From the IMG/VR virus record IMGVR_UViG_3300045988_058324: a DNA stretch of 52,936 nucleotides. One strand, 5' to 3'. A program made the position numbers and the translations under genes. The notes under the pieces were generated by a model. The model was not told the DNA's origin and did not search any database. It worked only from the letters and a program-made list of their open reading frames with translations. This stretch comes from a virus. Each line of letters opens with the position of its first letter. Position 1 is the first letter of the stretch. This document shows, piece by piece, positions 25,275 through 34,477 of the stretch.

Positions 25275-25922
25275 ATGAATAGAAATTTTAGGATAGGTGA
25301 CAGGGTTGTGATTCAGGCAACGGAAACAGTAGAGGACATATATGGAAGATATGAGTTGATAGGAAGACTTGGTGAAATACGTCAAATAATTGATGATGAT
25401 AATACATTTAGACGTATTGGTATCCATATTCCTGGAGAAGATAACAGTTATTCGGCTTTAGGGTTGTTCTGGTTAGATGTGGATTCATTAGAGCTTTTTG
25501 ACCGTCCAAATGATAGACCTAAGGAGCAAGCATTGAATTTACTACCATATGATAGAGTAGCATTTGTTACGGTCGACGGTTCAGTGCAGGAATATGCATA
25601 TGCTTTATATGACGAACCAAACAATAGAATACAACCCACTGATTATGTTTTAGTTTCTGGAAAAGCTGAAGGTAAGCTTTGTTTTATAACAAAGATTCTT
25701 CCTAAAGAAGAAGTAAAAAACAAAGTAACAGAAGAGGTTATATGTAAAGTTGATTTATCTGCCTACAGACAGAGACAGGATATTAAACGTAAGAAGCAGA
25801 AGTTGTTAGCAAAAATGAAAGCGAAAAGACGTGAACTGGAAGCAAGAAAATTAGATGAAATGTATGCAAGTATAGATGAAGATTACGCAAAAATGCTTGA
25901 TGAATTAAAATCAATAGGATAG
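25275..25922 (+). CDS. Hypothetical protein with basic coiled-coil C-terminus
   Basis: ORF track with a GGAGG RBS. The C-terminus RQRQDIKRKKQKLLAKMKAKRRELEARK is helical and basic. Confidence 0.55.
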   Translation: MNRNFRIGDRVVIQATETVEDIYGRYELIGRLGEIRQIIDDDNTFRRIGIHIPGEDNSYSALGLFWLDVDSLELFDRPNDRPKEQALNLLPYDRVAFVTVDGSVQEYAYALYDEPNNRIQPTDYVLVSGKAEGKLCFITKILPKEEVKNKVTEEVICKVDLSAYRQRQDIKRKKQKLLAKMKAKRRELEARKLDEMYASIDEDYAKMLDELKSIG

Positions 25923-25936
25923 GAGGATATTATATT

Positions 25937-26335
25937 ATGCTTAATATTGAATACTACAAAGATAAATTAGTGGAATTATGCGTTATAGACATTGATAGAT
26001 TAGCACTAATACAAGGACAACCACGCATCTGTAATAGTAGTTTGCTGTGTGATGAATGCTTACTTAATAATAAAAATGAATTTTGTTCTAATGAAGCCTT
26101 GAATTGGTTGTTCTCAGAATATGAAGAACCAGAAGTTGATTGGAGCAAGGTCGAAGTTGATACACCTATATTGGTTACGGATGATGTAAGGAGTAAATGG
26201 TTTAAAAGATATTTTGCTAAATTTGTAGACGGGAAAGTTTATGCGTGGGGTGACGGAGCTACGTCCTGGACAGCAGATGGTGAATGTGACGTGACTTCCT
26301 GGAATTGTGCAAAACTAGCAGAAAGTGAGGACTAG
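25937..26335 (+). CDS. Hypothetical protein (132 aa)
   Basis: ORF track with an AGGAGG RBS. Confidence 0.55.
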   Translation: MLNIEYYKDKLVELCVIDIDRLALIQGQPRICNSSLLCDECLLNNKNEFCSNEALNWLFSEYEEPEVDWSKVEVDTPILVTDDVRSKWFKRYFAKFVDGKVYAWGDGATSWTADGECDVTSWNCAKLAESED

Positions 26336-26509
26336 ATGGATTGGATAAGATTAATTAAGGCAATGCTAATAGGCATACTAGCGATTGGGAATATATGGAT
26401 TTTAATTAACCTATTTGACAGTGATGTATATGCATATATTTTTCTGGCAGAGTGCTTAATTGCAATTTTTATATTTATCGTTTGGATAGCATATCACGCT
26501 ATAGGTTGA
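26336..26509 (+). CDS. Small two-TM membrane protein (57 aa), missed by the ORF track
   Basis: The ATG directly follows the upstream TAG. MDWIRLIKAMLIGILAIGNIWILINLF...ECLIAIFIFIVWIAYHAIG. Confidence 0.5.
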   Translation: MDWIRLIKAMLIGILAIGNIWILINLFDSDVYAYIFLAECLIAIFIFIVWIAYHAIG

Positions 26510-26523
26510 AAGGAGATGGAAAG

Positions 26524-26775
26524 ATGAAGATTAAAGATAATAGAGATAAAACACAGAGAAGTTTCAGTGATTTAATAGTTGGAGATATATTCACTAGTGT
26601 AGGGTTTTATTATATGAAGACTGAAAAATCTTATAGTGAAAGTGGTAAGACAACTTGCGCAGGAGATGAATTTAATGCTGTGTGTCTTAGTGAAGGCTAT
26701 ATAGGGGATAAAATTCACTTTAAACCTGATGAGAAAGTTATATTGATAGACGATGTAACATTAGTGTTGAATTAA
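26524..26775 (+). CDS. Hypothetical protein (83 aa)
   Basis: ATG 26524 lies 8 nt after AAAGGAG. The track start 26452 would overlap the membrane ORF. Confidence 0.55.
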   Translation: MKIKDNRDKTQRSFSDLIVGDIFTSVGFYYMKTEKSYSESGKTTCAGDEFNAVCLSEGYIGDKIHFKPDEKVILIDDVTLVLN

Positions 26776-26788
26776 GGAGGATAAGAAT

Positions 26789-26983
26789 ATGGCTAACAGA
26801 GGATTTATTAGTAAAAAGAAAGTAGCAAAAATATATAACACAAAAGGACATAGTGTACTCGACAGTGAAGCGTGTTCTACACTTAATCTTTTGTGTGACA
26901 GATTAAAGATTAAACCGATGCATAGAAATAAATTAGGGGGTGGAACAGGTGAGATGCTGAAAGGGAGGTATAATATTGATTAA
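26789..26983 (+). CDS. Hypothetical protein (64 aa)
   Basis: ORF track with an AAGGAGG RBS. Confidence 0.5.
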   Translation: MANRGFISKKKVAKIYNTKGHSVLDSEACSTLNLLCDRLKIKPMHRNKLGGGTGEMLKGRYNID

Positions 26984-27152
26984 TGAATTGGAACAAACCA
27001 CCTGCAAACGTTGTGGAAGAAAATTAAAGAATCCAAAAGCTATAGAGTTAGGTATGGGAGCAACCTGCTGGAAGAAATTCATAAATGAAGATACACATAA
27101 AAAGCTATTTAATATAGATGAGGAAAATGTTATAATGGATAAAGAATCATAA
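26976..27152 (+). CDS. Small CxxC...GxGxxC protein (DUF6011-like), TTG start, missed by the ORF track
   Basis: TTG 7 nt after AGGGAGG. CKRCGRKLKNPKAIELGMGATCWKKF matches the short Cys motif common in small phage proteins. Confidence 0.45.
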   Translation: MINELEQTTCKRCGRKLKNPKAIELGMGATCWKKFINEDTHKKLFNIDEENVIMDKES

Positions 27153-27171
27153 GAAAGGAGAAAAATCGAAA

Positions 27172-27774
27172 ATGATAAAAGCAGGTTCGACCTATAACCT
27201 ATTGATTAAGTTGAATATAACAAGACCATTTGATTCCGTTATATTTACACTACAATCAGGCTCAGATGAACAGTTACAGATAACAAAGGAACCTACTGAG
27301 TATCTAGAAGGCGTGTTCATCTTAGGACTAACTCAGCAACAGACACAACAACTGGATGGAACAGTAAAGATAGAAGCACAGATTAACTACTCTGATAAGT
27401 CTGTAGATAAATCCAATATTTTATATAAAGTTATTAGCCCTACATTGGCTACTACATTGATTGAAGGTAATGTACCACCATCAGAGGTAACTACGGAAGA
27501 TATTGATTTAGTGCTACAGGTAATTAAAGGAGATGTGGCAATACTTATAGGTCCTGATGCCTCAAAAGAGCTGATTGATGCTGTTACTCAGTTGTTCGAG
27601 CAGACAAAAGCTATAGCTGAAGATGTACAGAAAGCAGTAACAGAGACGGAAAAACACGCTGAAGCAACCCAGAAGGCTGCTGAGGAAATACAGAAAAGTG
27701 CCGAAGCTATAAGCGAAGAATTATCAGGCATACGTTATCTAATCATTGGCGAAGCAGAGGAGGTAGATTTCTAA
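27172..27774 (+). CDS. Hypothetical protein, beta-rich N-terminal half + alanine/glutamate-rich helical C-terminus
   Basis: ORF track with an AAAGGAG RBS. First gene of the LRR-paralog operon. Confidence 0.55.
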   Translation: MIKAGSTYNLLIKLNITRPFDSVIFTLQSGSDEQLQITKEPTEYLEGVFILGLTQQQTQQLDGTVKIEAQINYSDKSVDKSNILYKVISPTLATTLIEGNVPPSEVTTEDIDLVLQVIKGDVAILIGPDASKELIDAVTQLFEQTKAIAEDVQKAVTETEKHAEATQKAAEEIQKSAEAISEELSGIRYLIIGEAEEVDF

Positions 27775-27944
27775 TGAGCAGAGAATATATAGTGCAGGAA
27801 AACACATTAAAATCTATAGCTGATTCGATTCGTGAAAACGGAAACACAACGGAAAGCATAAAAGTAAAAGATATGGCTCAAAAAATCGTTGATTATTCAA
27901 AAAATCAAAATGATTTATATGAGCAAATTATCGGAAAGGTGTAA
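27774..27944 (+). CDS. Small protein (56 aa) with LKSIADSIRENG motif, missed by the ORF track
   Basis: TAATG overlap with the upstream gene. The N-terminal helix resembles the leader segment found on clostridial LRR (BspA-type) proteins. Confidence 0.45.
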   Translation: MSREYIVQENTLKSIADSIRENGNTTESIKVKDMAQKIVDYSKNQNDLYEQIIGKV

Positions 27945-27946
27945 TA

Positions 27947-28144
27947 ATGGCATTTGTAGACGATAAATATATATTAAAATTAGAATATTTAAGAAATAAA
28001 TTAAAAAATTCATTAGCATCTAAAGGTATTGCCGTAGCAGAGGATGCACCTTTAGACAAATTGGTTGAACTAACTGAAAAAGAATATTACATCAACGAAG
28101 AAAATAAACAAGATAATTTATACAAGTTGCTTTTAGGCAATTAA
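27947..28144 (+). CDS. N-terminal-domain-only paralog of the LRR proteins (65 aa)
   Basis: MAFVDDKYILKLEYLRNKLKNSLASKGIAVAEDAPLDKLVE aligns with the first ~45 residues of the 28165 and 29150 products. Confidence 0.6.
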   Translation: MAFVDDKYILKLEYLRNKLKNSLASKGIAVAEDAPLDKLVELTEKEYYINEENKQDNLYKLLLGN

Positions 28145-28164
28145 TACGAAGGGAGAATATAAGT

Positions 28165-28962
28165 ATGGCGATAGTAGATGACAATTTAATACTAAAACTT
28201 GAAAATTTCAGAACGAAAGTTATTCAGGTGTTGAAAGAAAAAGGCATAACTATAGATGATAACGCAAAGTTAGATGATGCTCTAGTAAAAGCTATTGATA
28301 GTATTAGCACATTACAGGGGTTAGATGACTATATTACGAATGATATTGTTGACTATATTAATCAAAAACTAACGCAATTAGGACAGTATAAATTTTATTA
28401 TATGCCTAGCATTCATAACGTGAGATGTGATGCAGTTATTAATATAGGAAAATACACTCTATATGGTTGTTCGAGTTTAAAACATTTGTACTTTCCAAAC
28501 GTAGTTAGTATAGAAGAACACGTGTTTCACACACTGGGATGTGAAAACCTTATTTTGCCAAATTTAAAGACAATGGGTACAGCTTGCTTTGTGAATACAA
28601 CCACATTAAAACGTTTAATTATTCCTAAATGTGTATCACTAACCCCGAATACCTGTTCTTCAACTGGAATATATTTGTTAGATGCAGGGAATACATCTCT
28701 TATTCCTTCATCATCATCTATGCCGAATTTGACGATATTAGTATTAAGAAATAATGTATTGACTACACTCGAAAATAGAAGTTGTATTCGGTCTATTGAA
28801 GAAATCTACGTCCCACAAGACCTAATTGAATCCTACAAGGTAGCGACAAATTGGGCGACTTATGCCGACAAATTTAAACCATTAGAGGGCAGTAAATATG
28901 AGCCTTTAAATTGGTATGAGGAAGAAGCTTGGTATAAAGAAGAAATGAAAGTATGGGAATAG
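28165..28962 (+). CDS. Leucine-rich-repeat (BspA-type) protein, paralog 1
   Basis: Repeats of the type LKHLYFPNVVSIEEHVF, ENLILPNLKTMGTACF and LKRLIIPKCVSL. Conserved tail ATNWATYADKFKPLEGSKYEPLNWYEEEAWYKEEMKVWE. Confidence 0.65.
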   Translation: MAIVDDNLILKLENFRTKVIQVLKEKGITIDDNAKLDDALVKAIDSISTLQGLDDYITNDIVDYINQKLTQLGQYKFYYMPSIHNVRCDAVINIGKYTLYGCSSLKHLYFPNVVSIEEHVFHTLGCENLILPNLKTMGTACFVNTTTLKRLIIPKCVSLTPNTCSSTGIYLLDAGNTSLIPSSSSMPNLTILVLRNNVLTTLENRSCIRSIEEIYVPQDLIESYKVATNWATYADKFKPLEGSKYEPLNWYEEEAWYKEEMKVWE

Positions 28963-28974
28963 AGGTGGTATTAA

Positions 28975-29166
28975 ATGCCAACAATAGAAAAGGCAAATAT
29001 AAAGCAATTAATAACCGATGAAATAGAAAGAATGAACGAATACACAGGCAAAAATGACACAAGCGTGCATAACGCTGTTGATAGTTTGATTAATAGCTGT
29101 AATCAAGACCTAATGTATGAAAATGTATTAGGTCAGGAAGGAGAAGCAAATGGCGGTAGTAAATGA
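28975..29166 (+). CDS. Small helical protein (63 aa)
   Basis: ORF track. Sits between the two LRR paralogs in the same position as 27774..27944. Confidence 0.5.
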   Translation: MPTIEKANIKQLITDEIERMNEYTGKNDTSVHNAVDSLINSCNQDLMYENVLGQEGEANGGSK

Positions 29167-29959
29167 CCTGTATATATTACAGTTAGACAGGATAAGAGAA
29201 AAGTTAAGAAATATACTAATGGATAAAGGCATCATTAAAGATAAAGACGCAACTCTGGAAGAATTAGTTGAAGCTGTAAAAATAACAAATGAGAAAAATA
29301 GCTTATCTAATTTACTATCTAACGAATTAGAAAGCATTACAGACGATGAAATTTTAAGGTTACGCCCTTATAGTTTGTATGGTCTTACAACGTTGACAAA
29401 AGCACATTTTGAAAATTTAACGTATATAGCACCATCAACTTTTTATAATTGTACAAGTTTAAAAAATTTATATGCCCCAAACGTAATAGAAATAGATTCA
29501 GGCTCGCCGTATTATCCGTTTAGAAATACACAAATTGAAAACCTGATTTTTCCTAAGGCACAAGTGATAAGCAGTAATGGTTATTATACTTTTCAAACTG
29601 CAAAGTTAAAAAGACTTATAATTCCAAAATTAACAATATTACCAGCCACGCCTTTTGCTAGTACAAATATGTTAGAAGTGCTAGATTCTTCAATAACTGG
29701 GTGGAATAATAAGCAGGTTAATTTAAAAACTTTGATATTTAGAAACACATCAAAGATGCCGTCATTATCATCAACTGATAACTTACAAAATATAGAAGAA
29801 ATATATTGCCTAAACCAATTCGTAGAAGAACTTAAAAAAGCTACCAATTGGTCAGTATATGCTGATAAGATTAAACCTATTGAAGGTAGCAAATACGAAA
29901 ATTTAGAGTGGTATAAAAAAGAAGAATGGTACGCCGAAGAAATGAGCGTATGGGAATAA
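29150..29959 (+). CDS. Leucine-rich-repeat (BspA-type) protein, paralog 2
   Basis: Same architecture as 28165..28962. N-terminus MAVVNDLYILQLDRIREKLRNILMDKGI and tail ATNWSVYADKIKPIEGSKYENLEWYKKEEWYAEEMSVWE. Confidence 0.65.
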   Translation: MAVVNDLYILQLDRIREKLRNILMDKGIIKDKDATLEELVEAVKITNEKNSLSNLLSNELESITDDEILRLRPYSLYGLTTLTKAHFENLTYIAPSTFYNCTSLKNLYAPNVIEIDSGSPYYPFRNTQIENLIFPKAQVISSNGYYTFQTAKLKRLIIPKLTILPATPFASTNMLEVLDSSITGWNNKQVNLKTLIFRNTSKMPSLSSTDNLQNIEEIYCLNQFVEELKKATNWSVYADKIKPIEGSKYENLEWYKKEEWYAEEMSVWE

Positions 29960-29970
29960 GGAGGTAACTT

Positions 29971-30168
29971 ATGTTAATTACAGAAACAGTAACAATAAAA
30001 GACGAAAAATTTATAAAAAATTATTCAGATGCAGGAATGTACATTGAGCGTGATGGCGTTATATATGAAGAGGCTGTCGATCCTATTGAATACAAGGATA
30101 GTCGAATTTATATAGAAACAGACAAGCCGATTGAGATGGAACAGGAACAGAAATTCACGGAAGAATAA
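29971..30168 (+). CDS. Hypothetical protein (65 aa)
   Basis: ORF track with an AAGGAGG RBS. Confidence 0.5.
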   Translation: MLITETVTIKDEKFIKNYSDAGMYIERDGVIYEEAVDPIEYKDSRIYIETDKPIEMEQEQKFTEE

Positions 30169-30205
30169 TGGTATTACCAATAAGGTAGAAAGGAGTAATA
30201 ATATT

Positions 30206-30418
30206 ATGACTTGGGAAGAGCAGCAAGAAATACTGCGAAAATTAGAAGGTTTATATTCAGAGATAAAAAGTTATGATTATATCGGAACAAAGATAGCGAC
30301 AGGTGTTGCAACAATAGAAGAATATGCAGAAAAGATAGCCTATATGGAAGAGTTGAGAAAACAAATTCGTGAATTAGAGGCGAAGATAGAACCAAATAAC
30401 TATAAATTAATATATTAA
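30206..30418 (+). CDS. Hypothetical coiled-coil protein (70 aa)
   Basis: ATG 30206 after AAGGAG, preferred to the track start 30131. Confidence 0.5.
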   Translation: MTWEEQQEILRKLEGLYSEIKSYDYIGTKIATGVATIEEYAEKIAYMEELRKQIRELEAKIEPNNYKLIY

Positions 30419-30434
30419 CAACTATTTAACAATT

Positions 30435-30470
30435 AGAGTACAAATCTTATACAGGTTTGTACTCTTTTTA
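30435..30470 (+). terminator. Rho-independent terminator
   Basis: AGAGTACAAA-11 nt loop-TTTGTACTCT followed by TTTTATTT. Confidence 0.75.
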
Positions 30471-30499
30471 TTTACATTTTATGCTTTTTTTGTTATATT
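30471..30499 (+). promoter_or_regulatory. Sigma-70-type promoter of the packaging/head operon
   Basis: TTTACA (30471-30476), 17 bp ending TGT, TATATT (30494-30499). Confidence 0.55.
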
Positions 30500-30527
30500 T
30501 TTATGTAGTTAAAAAGGAGATAATGTT

Positions 30528-30830
30528 ATGGCAAATCAACAAGCATTAATATATAAATTACAATTAGCATTGAAACAAAAAGGTTATATCATAAGTATAA
30601 ATACAACCCAATTTTATTCGGGGGACAAGGGAAGATATGTAAAAGGATATATACTAAAAAGAGATTATAAAATAGTATATAGTTCATATAGTACAATAAG
30701 AATAATTAGATATTTAGTAAACCTACTGAATATAGTGAAAACCCTTAATAAACAAGAGATTCAAAGCAGAAGAATTGATACCATAATAGAACAAAGAATG
30801 GAGGAAATATATAATGCCAAAAACAATTAG
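30528..30830 (+). CDS. Hypothetical protein (100 aa)
   Basis: ORF track with an AAAGGAG RBS. First gene of the packaging operon. Confidence 0.55.
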   Translation: MANQQALIYKLQLALKQKGYIISINTTQFYSGDKGRYVKGYILKRDYKIVYSSYSTIRIIRYLVNLLNIVKTLNKQEIQSRRIDTIIEQRMEEIYNAKNN

Positions 30831-31233
30831 AAGAAAGAGATTAAAGCCAGATTACTTAAATCAAAAACAATTTGAATTCTTTGAAAACTATCTAGCTACA
30901 AACAACATTACACAATCAGCTATAGATGCAGGATATAGTGAGAAAACAGCTGGACAGCAAGGATGTAGAATGTTAAAAAGTATAAAAGGGCAAAATTACA
31001 TCGCAGACCGTATGGCAGAACTTGATGAAGAAAAGGTAGCCACAGCGAATGAAGTATTAGAGTATCTGACTTCTGTGATGCGTGGTGAAGTACAGGACCA
31101 GTTTGATTTAGAGCCATCATTATCTGACAGAACGAAGGCTGCTAGTGAACTAGCTCGTAGATTAGTAGATACAAAGCCTGCTGTAATTCCTGTTAAGATT
31201 GTGGATGATATTCCACGTCCAAAGGAGGCGTAG
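30814..31233 (+). CDS. terS: Terminase small subunit
   Basis: LNQKQFEFFENYLATNNITQSAIDAGYSEKTAGQQGCRMLKSIKGQNYI is the classic HTH N-terminus of P27-type small terminases. Precedes the large subunit. Confidence 0.8.
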   Translation: MPKTIRRKRLKPDYLNQKQFEFFENYLATNNITQSAIDAGYSEKTAGQQGCRMLKSIKGQNYIADRMAELDEEKVATANEVLEYLTSVMRGEVQDQFDLEPSLSDRTKAASELARRLVDTKPAVIPVKIVDDIPRPKEA

Positions 31234-31235
31234 AT

Positions 31236-32507
31236 ATGTTTCCAATTAAACCAAAAGCAGAATTGACTATCCCCTTAACTGAATGTATTGGTCCAGCGTT
31301 CTATGATGTTCACTGGGATATAGCTGAAGGAAAACATACCTATTATGACTTTGTTGGTGGAAGAGGTAGCTTAAAGTCTTCCGATATTAGTGTTGAGATT
31401 GTGATGGGAATAATGCAGGATAAAGATGCAAATGCTCTTATATATAGAAAGGTAGGAGATACCATTGGAGATTCTGTATATGAACAGATATGTTGGGCTA
31501 TAGACAAGCTCGGAGTTAGTGATTTATGGCATTGTGTTAAATCACCATATAGATGCGTATATAAGCCTACAGGACAGAAGATTATATTTAAGGGATTGGA
31601 TAAAGCGAAAAAATCAAAGTCCGTAAAGACACAATTCGGCTATTTCAAGTATCTTTGGTTCGAAGAATTAGATGAGTTCAATGGAGCACAGGAGTTGAGA
31701 ACAGTTCAACAGTCAGTATTAAGAGGTGGACCTAAGTTCGTAGTATTTAAGTCTATGAACCCACCACGAAGCCGAACTAATTGGGCTAATGCTTATATAG
31801 AAGAAGAAAAGTTAAGACCAGATACATATGTAAGTGAAACCACATATCTTGATGCACCGAAAGAATGGTTAGGACAGCAGTTCATAGATGATGCTGAGTG
31901 GCTGAAGCAAATAAATCCAAAAGCATACGAACACGAATATTTAGGCAAACCAGTAGGAACAGGCAACAATGTATTTGATAACCTTAATATAAGAACAATC
32001 ACAGACGAGGAAATAGCTTCATTTGACCATATCTATATGGGAATAGACTGGGGTTGGTATCCAGACCCATTCCATTGGGGTAAAATGCACTATGACGCCA
32101 ATAGGAGAAAGCTATATATATTTGATGAATATAGAGCTATTAAAACAAAGAATAGAGATACAGCTGCTTATTTAGTTGAGAATAAGGGTGTAAGAGCCCA
32201 CGACTTAATCACTTGTGATAGTGCAGAGAATAAGTCCGTAGCTGATTATAGGAGCTACGGATTAAATGCAAGGGCAGCTGAAAAAGGTCCTGATTCAGTA
32301 CGTTATGGAATTAAGTGGTTGCAGTCATTAGTTGAGATTGTAATTGACCCAATAAGATGTCCTGAAACAAAAGACGAATTCAAGAATGCAGAATATGAAT
32401 TGAACAAAGACGGTGAACCAACAAGCGTTATTCCAGACCGTGATAACCATAGCATTGATATGACTAGATATGCAATGGAAAGAGTTTGGAAAAGAAAGGG
32501 AAGATAA
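31236..32507 (+). CDS. terL: Terminase large subunit
   Basis: Walker A VGGRGSLKSS, Walker B LWFEELDEF, and a C-terminal nuclease region with GIDWGW and ITCDSAE. 423 aa. Confidence 0.85.
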   Translation: MFPIKPKAELTIPLTECIGPAFYDVHWDIAEGKHTYYDFVGGRGSLKSSDISVEIVMGIMQDKDANALIYRKVGDTIGDSVYEQICWAIDKLGVSDLWHCVKSPYRCVYKPTGQKIIFKGLDKAKKSKSVKTQFGYFKYLWFEELDEFNGAQELRTVQQSVLRGGPKFVVFKSMNPPRSRTNWANAYIEEEKLRPDTYVSETTYLDAPKEWLGQQFIDDAEWLKQINPKAYEHEYLGKPVGTGNNVFDNLNIRTITDEEIASFDHIYMGIDWGWYPDPFHWGKMHYDANRRKLYIFDEYRAIKTKNRDTAAYLVENKGVRAHDLITCDSAENKSVADYRSYGLNARAAEKGPDSVRYGIKWLQSLVEIVIDPIRCPETKDEFKNAEYELNKDGEPTSVIPDRDNHSIDMTRYAMERVWKRKGR

Positions 32508-32511
32508 GATT

Positions 32512-32838
32512 ATGGAGAAAAGAATATTAATATTAGGCACATTATACAAGATTAAATATAAGAATCTAAATGATGCTGATTGTGATGGTTACTGTGATTA
32601 CACAGCTAGGACAATTATAATCAGAAATGATAATTATAACAATGTGGGTGACTTCCAACGACTACAGAATAAGCAATTACGACACGAGATTATACACGCT
32701 TTTCTAGCTGAAAGTGGATTACAAAGTAATTTTGAACACTCTACAACGTGGGGTCACGAGGAGACTATGGTTGATTGGATAGCAATTCAATTCCCTAAGC
32801 TCTTAGAGGCTTATAAGGAATTAAATATATTAGATTAA
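32512..32838 (+). CDS. Putative zinc metallopeptidase-like protein (HExxH)
   Basis: LRHEIIHAFLAESG contains HEIIH. ATG 32512 is preferred to the overlapping track start 32470. Confidence 0.5.
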   Translation: MEKRILILGTLYKIKYKNLNDADCDGYCDYTARTIIIRNDNYNNVGDFQRLQNKQLRHEIIHAFLAESGLQSNFEHSTTWGHEETMVDWIAIQFPKLLEAYKELNILD

Positions 32839-32851
32839 AAAGGAGAATAAA

Positions 32852-34468
32852 ATGTTTAGTAAATTAATTGAAATGATTAAGGAAGCCTTGAGGAAGATGA
32901 TAGGATATAAGTCCATAACTGATACAGTTAATGATGTACAGATGTATACCATTAGTGATTCAATGAAGGACGCTATCACATTGTGGAAAAGTGTATATAA
33001 AGATGAAGCCCCTTGGCTTAATCCTGAAGAAGGAATTTATTCTTTGCAGTTAGGAAAAGAGATATGTCAATCTTTGCAGTCACAAGTAATGTCCGAAATG
33101 ACAAGTACAATCACAGAACCTGGAAGTACAGTTCCAAAGGAAGATGAATCATCAACTGCACCATTACCAGACACAAGAGCAAGCTTCTTGAATAATCAAT
33201 ATCAGAAGCATCTACTAAAGAAACTTCCTAATAAGTTAGAACAAGGGATGGCTCTTGGGGGAATGATAATAAAGCCTTATGTTGTAGGCAAGAATATTTA
33301 TTTTGATTTCTGTAGACAAGGTAACTTCATTCCTATCGCATTTGACGATGAAGAAAATATTATAGATATAGCATTCCCTGACCAGTTCATAGCGGGTGAT
33401 TATATCTACACAAAGATTGAGCGACAGACCTTTGACGCAGAAAAGGGAGTTGTTGTAGTTGAGAACAAAGCATTCAAAGCACAGCTCAGAACAGGTGATG
33501 ATGAAGATGACCAGCAGGATTTAGGGCTCGAGGTTCCACTTTCAAGCATTAATAGATGGGCTAATATATCCGAAGAACCAGTAATCATTGAAAATGTTGA
33601 TAGACCACTATTTGGATTCTACAGAGTTCCATTAGCGAATAACATAGACTTAGATACACCATTAGGAATATCCATATTTAGTCCAGCTTTGAAACTTATA
33701 GAAAAAGCAGATGAACAGTTCAGTAGATTAGATTGGGAATATGAAGGTGGGCAAATGGCTATTGATGTTGATGAAGGAGCCCTCAACTTTAGTCAGACAT
33801 ACTTCGGAGCACCTCCTAGAATGGATAGAGTAAAAGACAGATTATATAGGAGTCTTGACCTTAATAGTGACGAAACCTATAAGGCATTTACACCAACATT
33901 GAGAGATACAAGTTATATCACAGGATTAAATCGTTATCTAATGCGTATCGAAGATCTAGTTGGTTTGGCTCGTGGTTCTTTGTCAGAAGTACAATCAGAA
34001 GCACGAACAGCAACAGAAATTAAAATACTTAAACAACGAAGCTATATAACAGTATGTAGAAATCAAGAGGCTTTGGAAAGTGCCTTGAATGATGCCATCT
34101 ATGCAATGGATGTATTTGCTACCTTATACGGATTAGCTCCTGATGGGTTATATGCAACTACAACTGACTGGAAAGATAGTATATTAACTGATACCGACAC
34201 AGAATTAAGCCAAAAGGTTCAATTATTAGACGCTAATATATTAGCTAAATATGAGGTACGTGCTTGGTATACAGGTGAAGATGAAGAAACAGCTAAGGCT
34301 ATGATTGAAGAAATTGAAGATTCAAGCTCTAACAAGATGATGAATGACTTATTTAGCCAAAAGCCTGAAAATCCATTGGAACCTAATGAAGATGAAACTG
34401 AAGAAGGTGAGGAACCAGAGGATACCAATAATGTTATAGATGAACCAGAGGCTGGTGAAGAAGAGTAG
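32852..34468 (+). CDS. Portal protein (SPP1 gp6-like)
   Basis: 538 aa, positioned after the terminase. The acidic C-terminal tail (EDETEEGEEPED) and size are typical. The call rests on synteny and general resemblance. Confidence 0.75.
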   Translation: MFSKLIEMIKEALRKMIGYKSITDTVNDVQMYTISDSMKDAITLWKSVYKDEAPWLNPEEGIYSLQLGKEICQSLQSQVMSEMTSTITEPGSTVPKEDESSTAPLPDTRASFLNNQYQKHLLKKLPNKLEQGMALGGMIIKPYVVGKNIYFDFCRQGNFIPIAFDDEENIIDIAFPDQFIAGDYIYTKIERQTFDAEKGVVVVENKAFKAQLRTGDDEDDQQDLGLEVPLSSINRWANISEEPVIIENVDRPLFGFYRVPLANNIDLDTPLGISIFSPALKLIEKADEQFSRLDWEYEGGQMAIDVDEGALNFSQTYFGAPPRMDRVKDRLYRSLDLNSDETYKAFTPTLRDTSYITGLNRYLMRIEDLVGLARGSLSEVQSEARTATEIKILKQRSYITVCRNQEALESALNDAIYAMDVFATLYGLAPDGLYATTTDWKDSILTDTDTELSQKVQLLDANILAKYEVRAWYTGEDEETAKAMIEEIEDSSSNKMMNDLFSQKPENPLEPNEDETEEGEEPEDTNNVIDEPEAGEEE

Positions 34469-34477
34469 AGGTAATAT

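Noticed and set aside
27947-29959. Diversity-generating retroelement acting on the LRR paralogs
   Set aside because: There is no reverse transcriptase gene and no near-identical template/variable repeat pair. The paralogs differ throughout and at all base types, rather than at adenine-specific positions.
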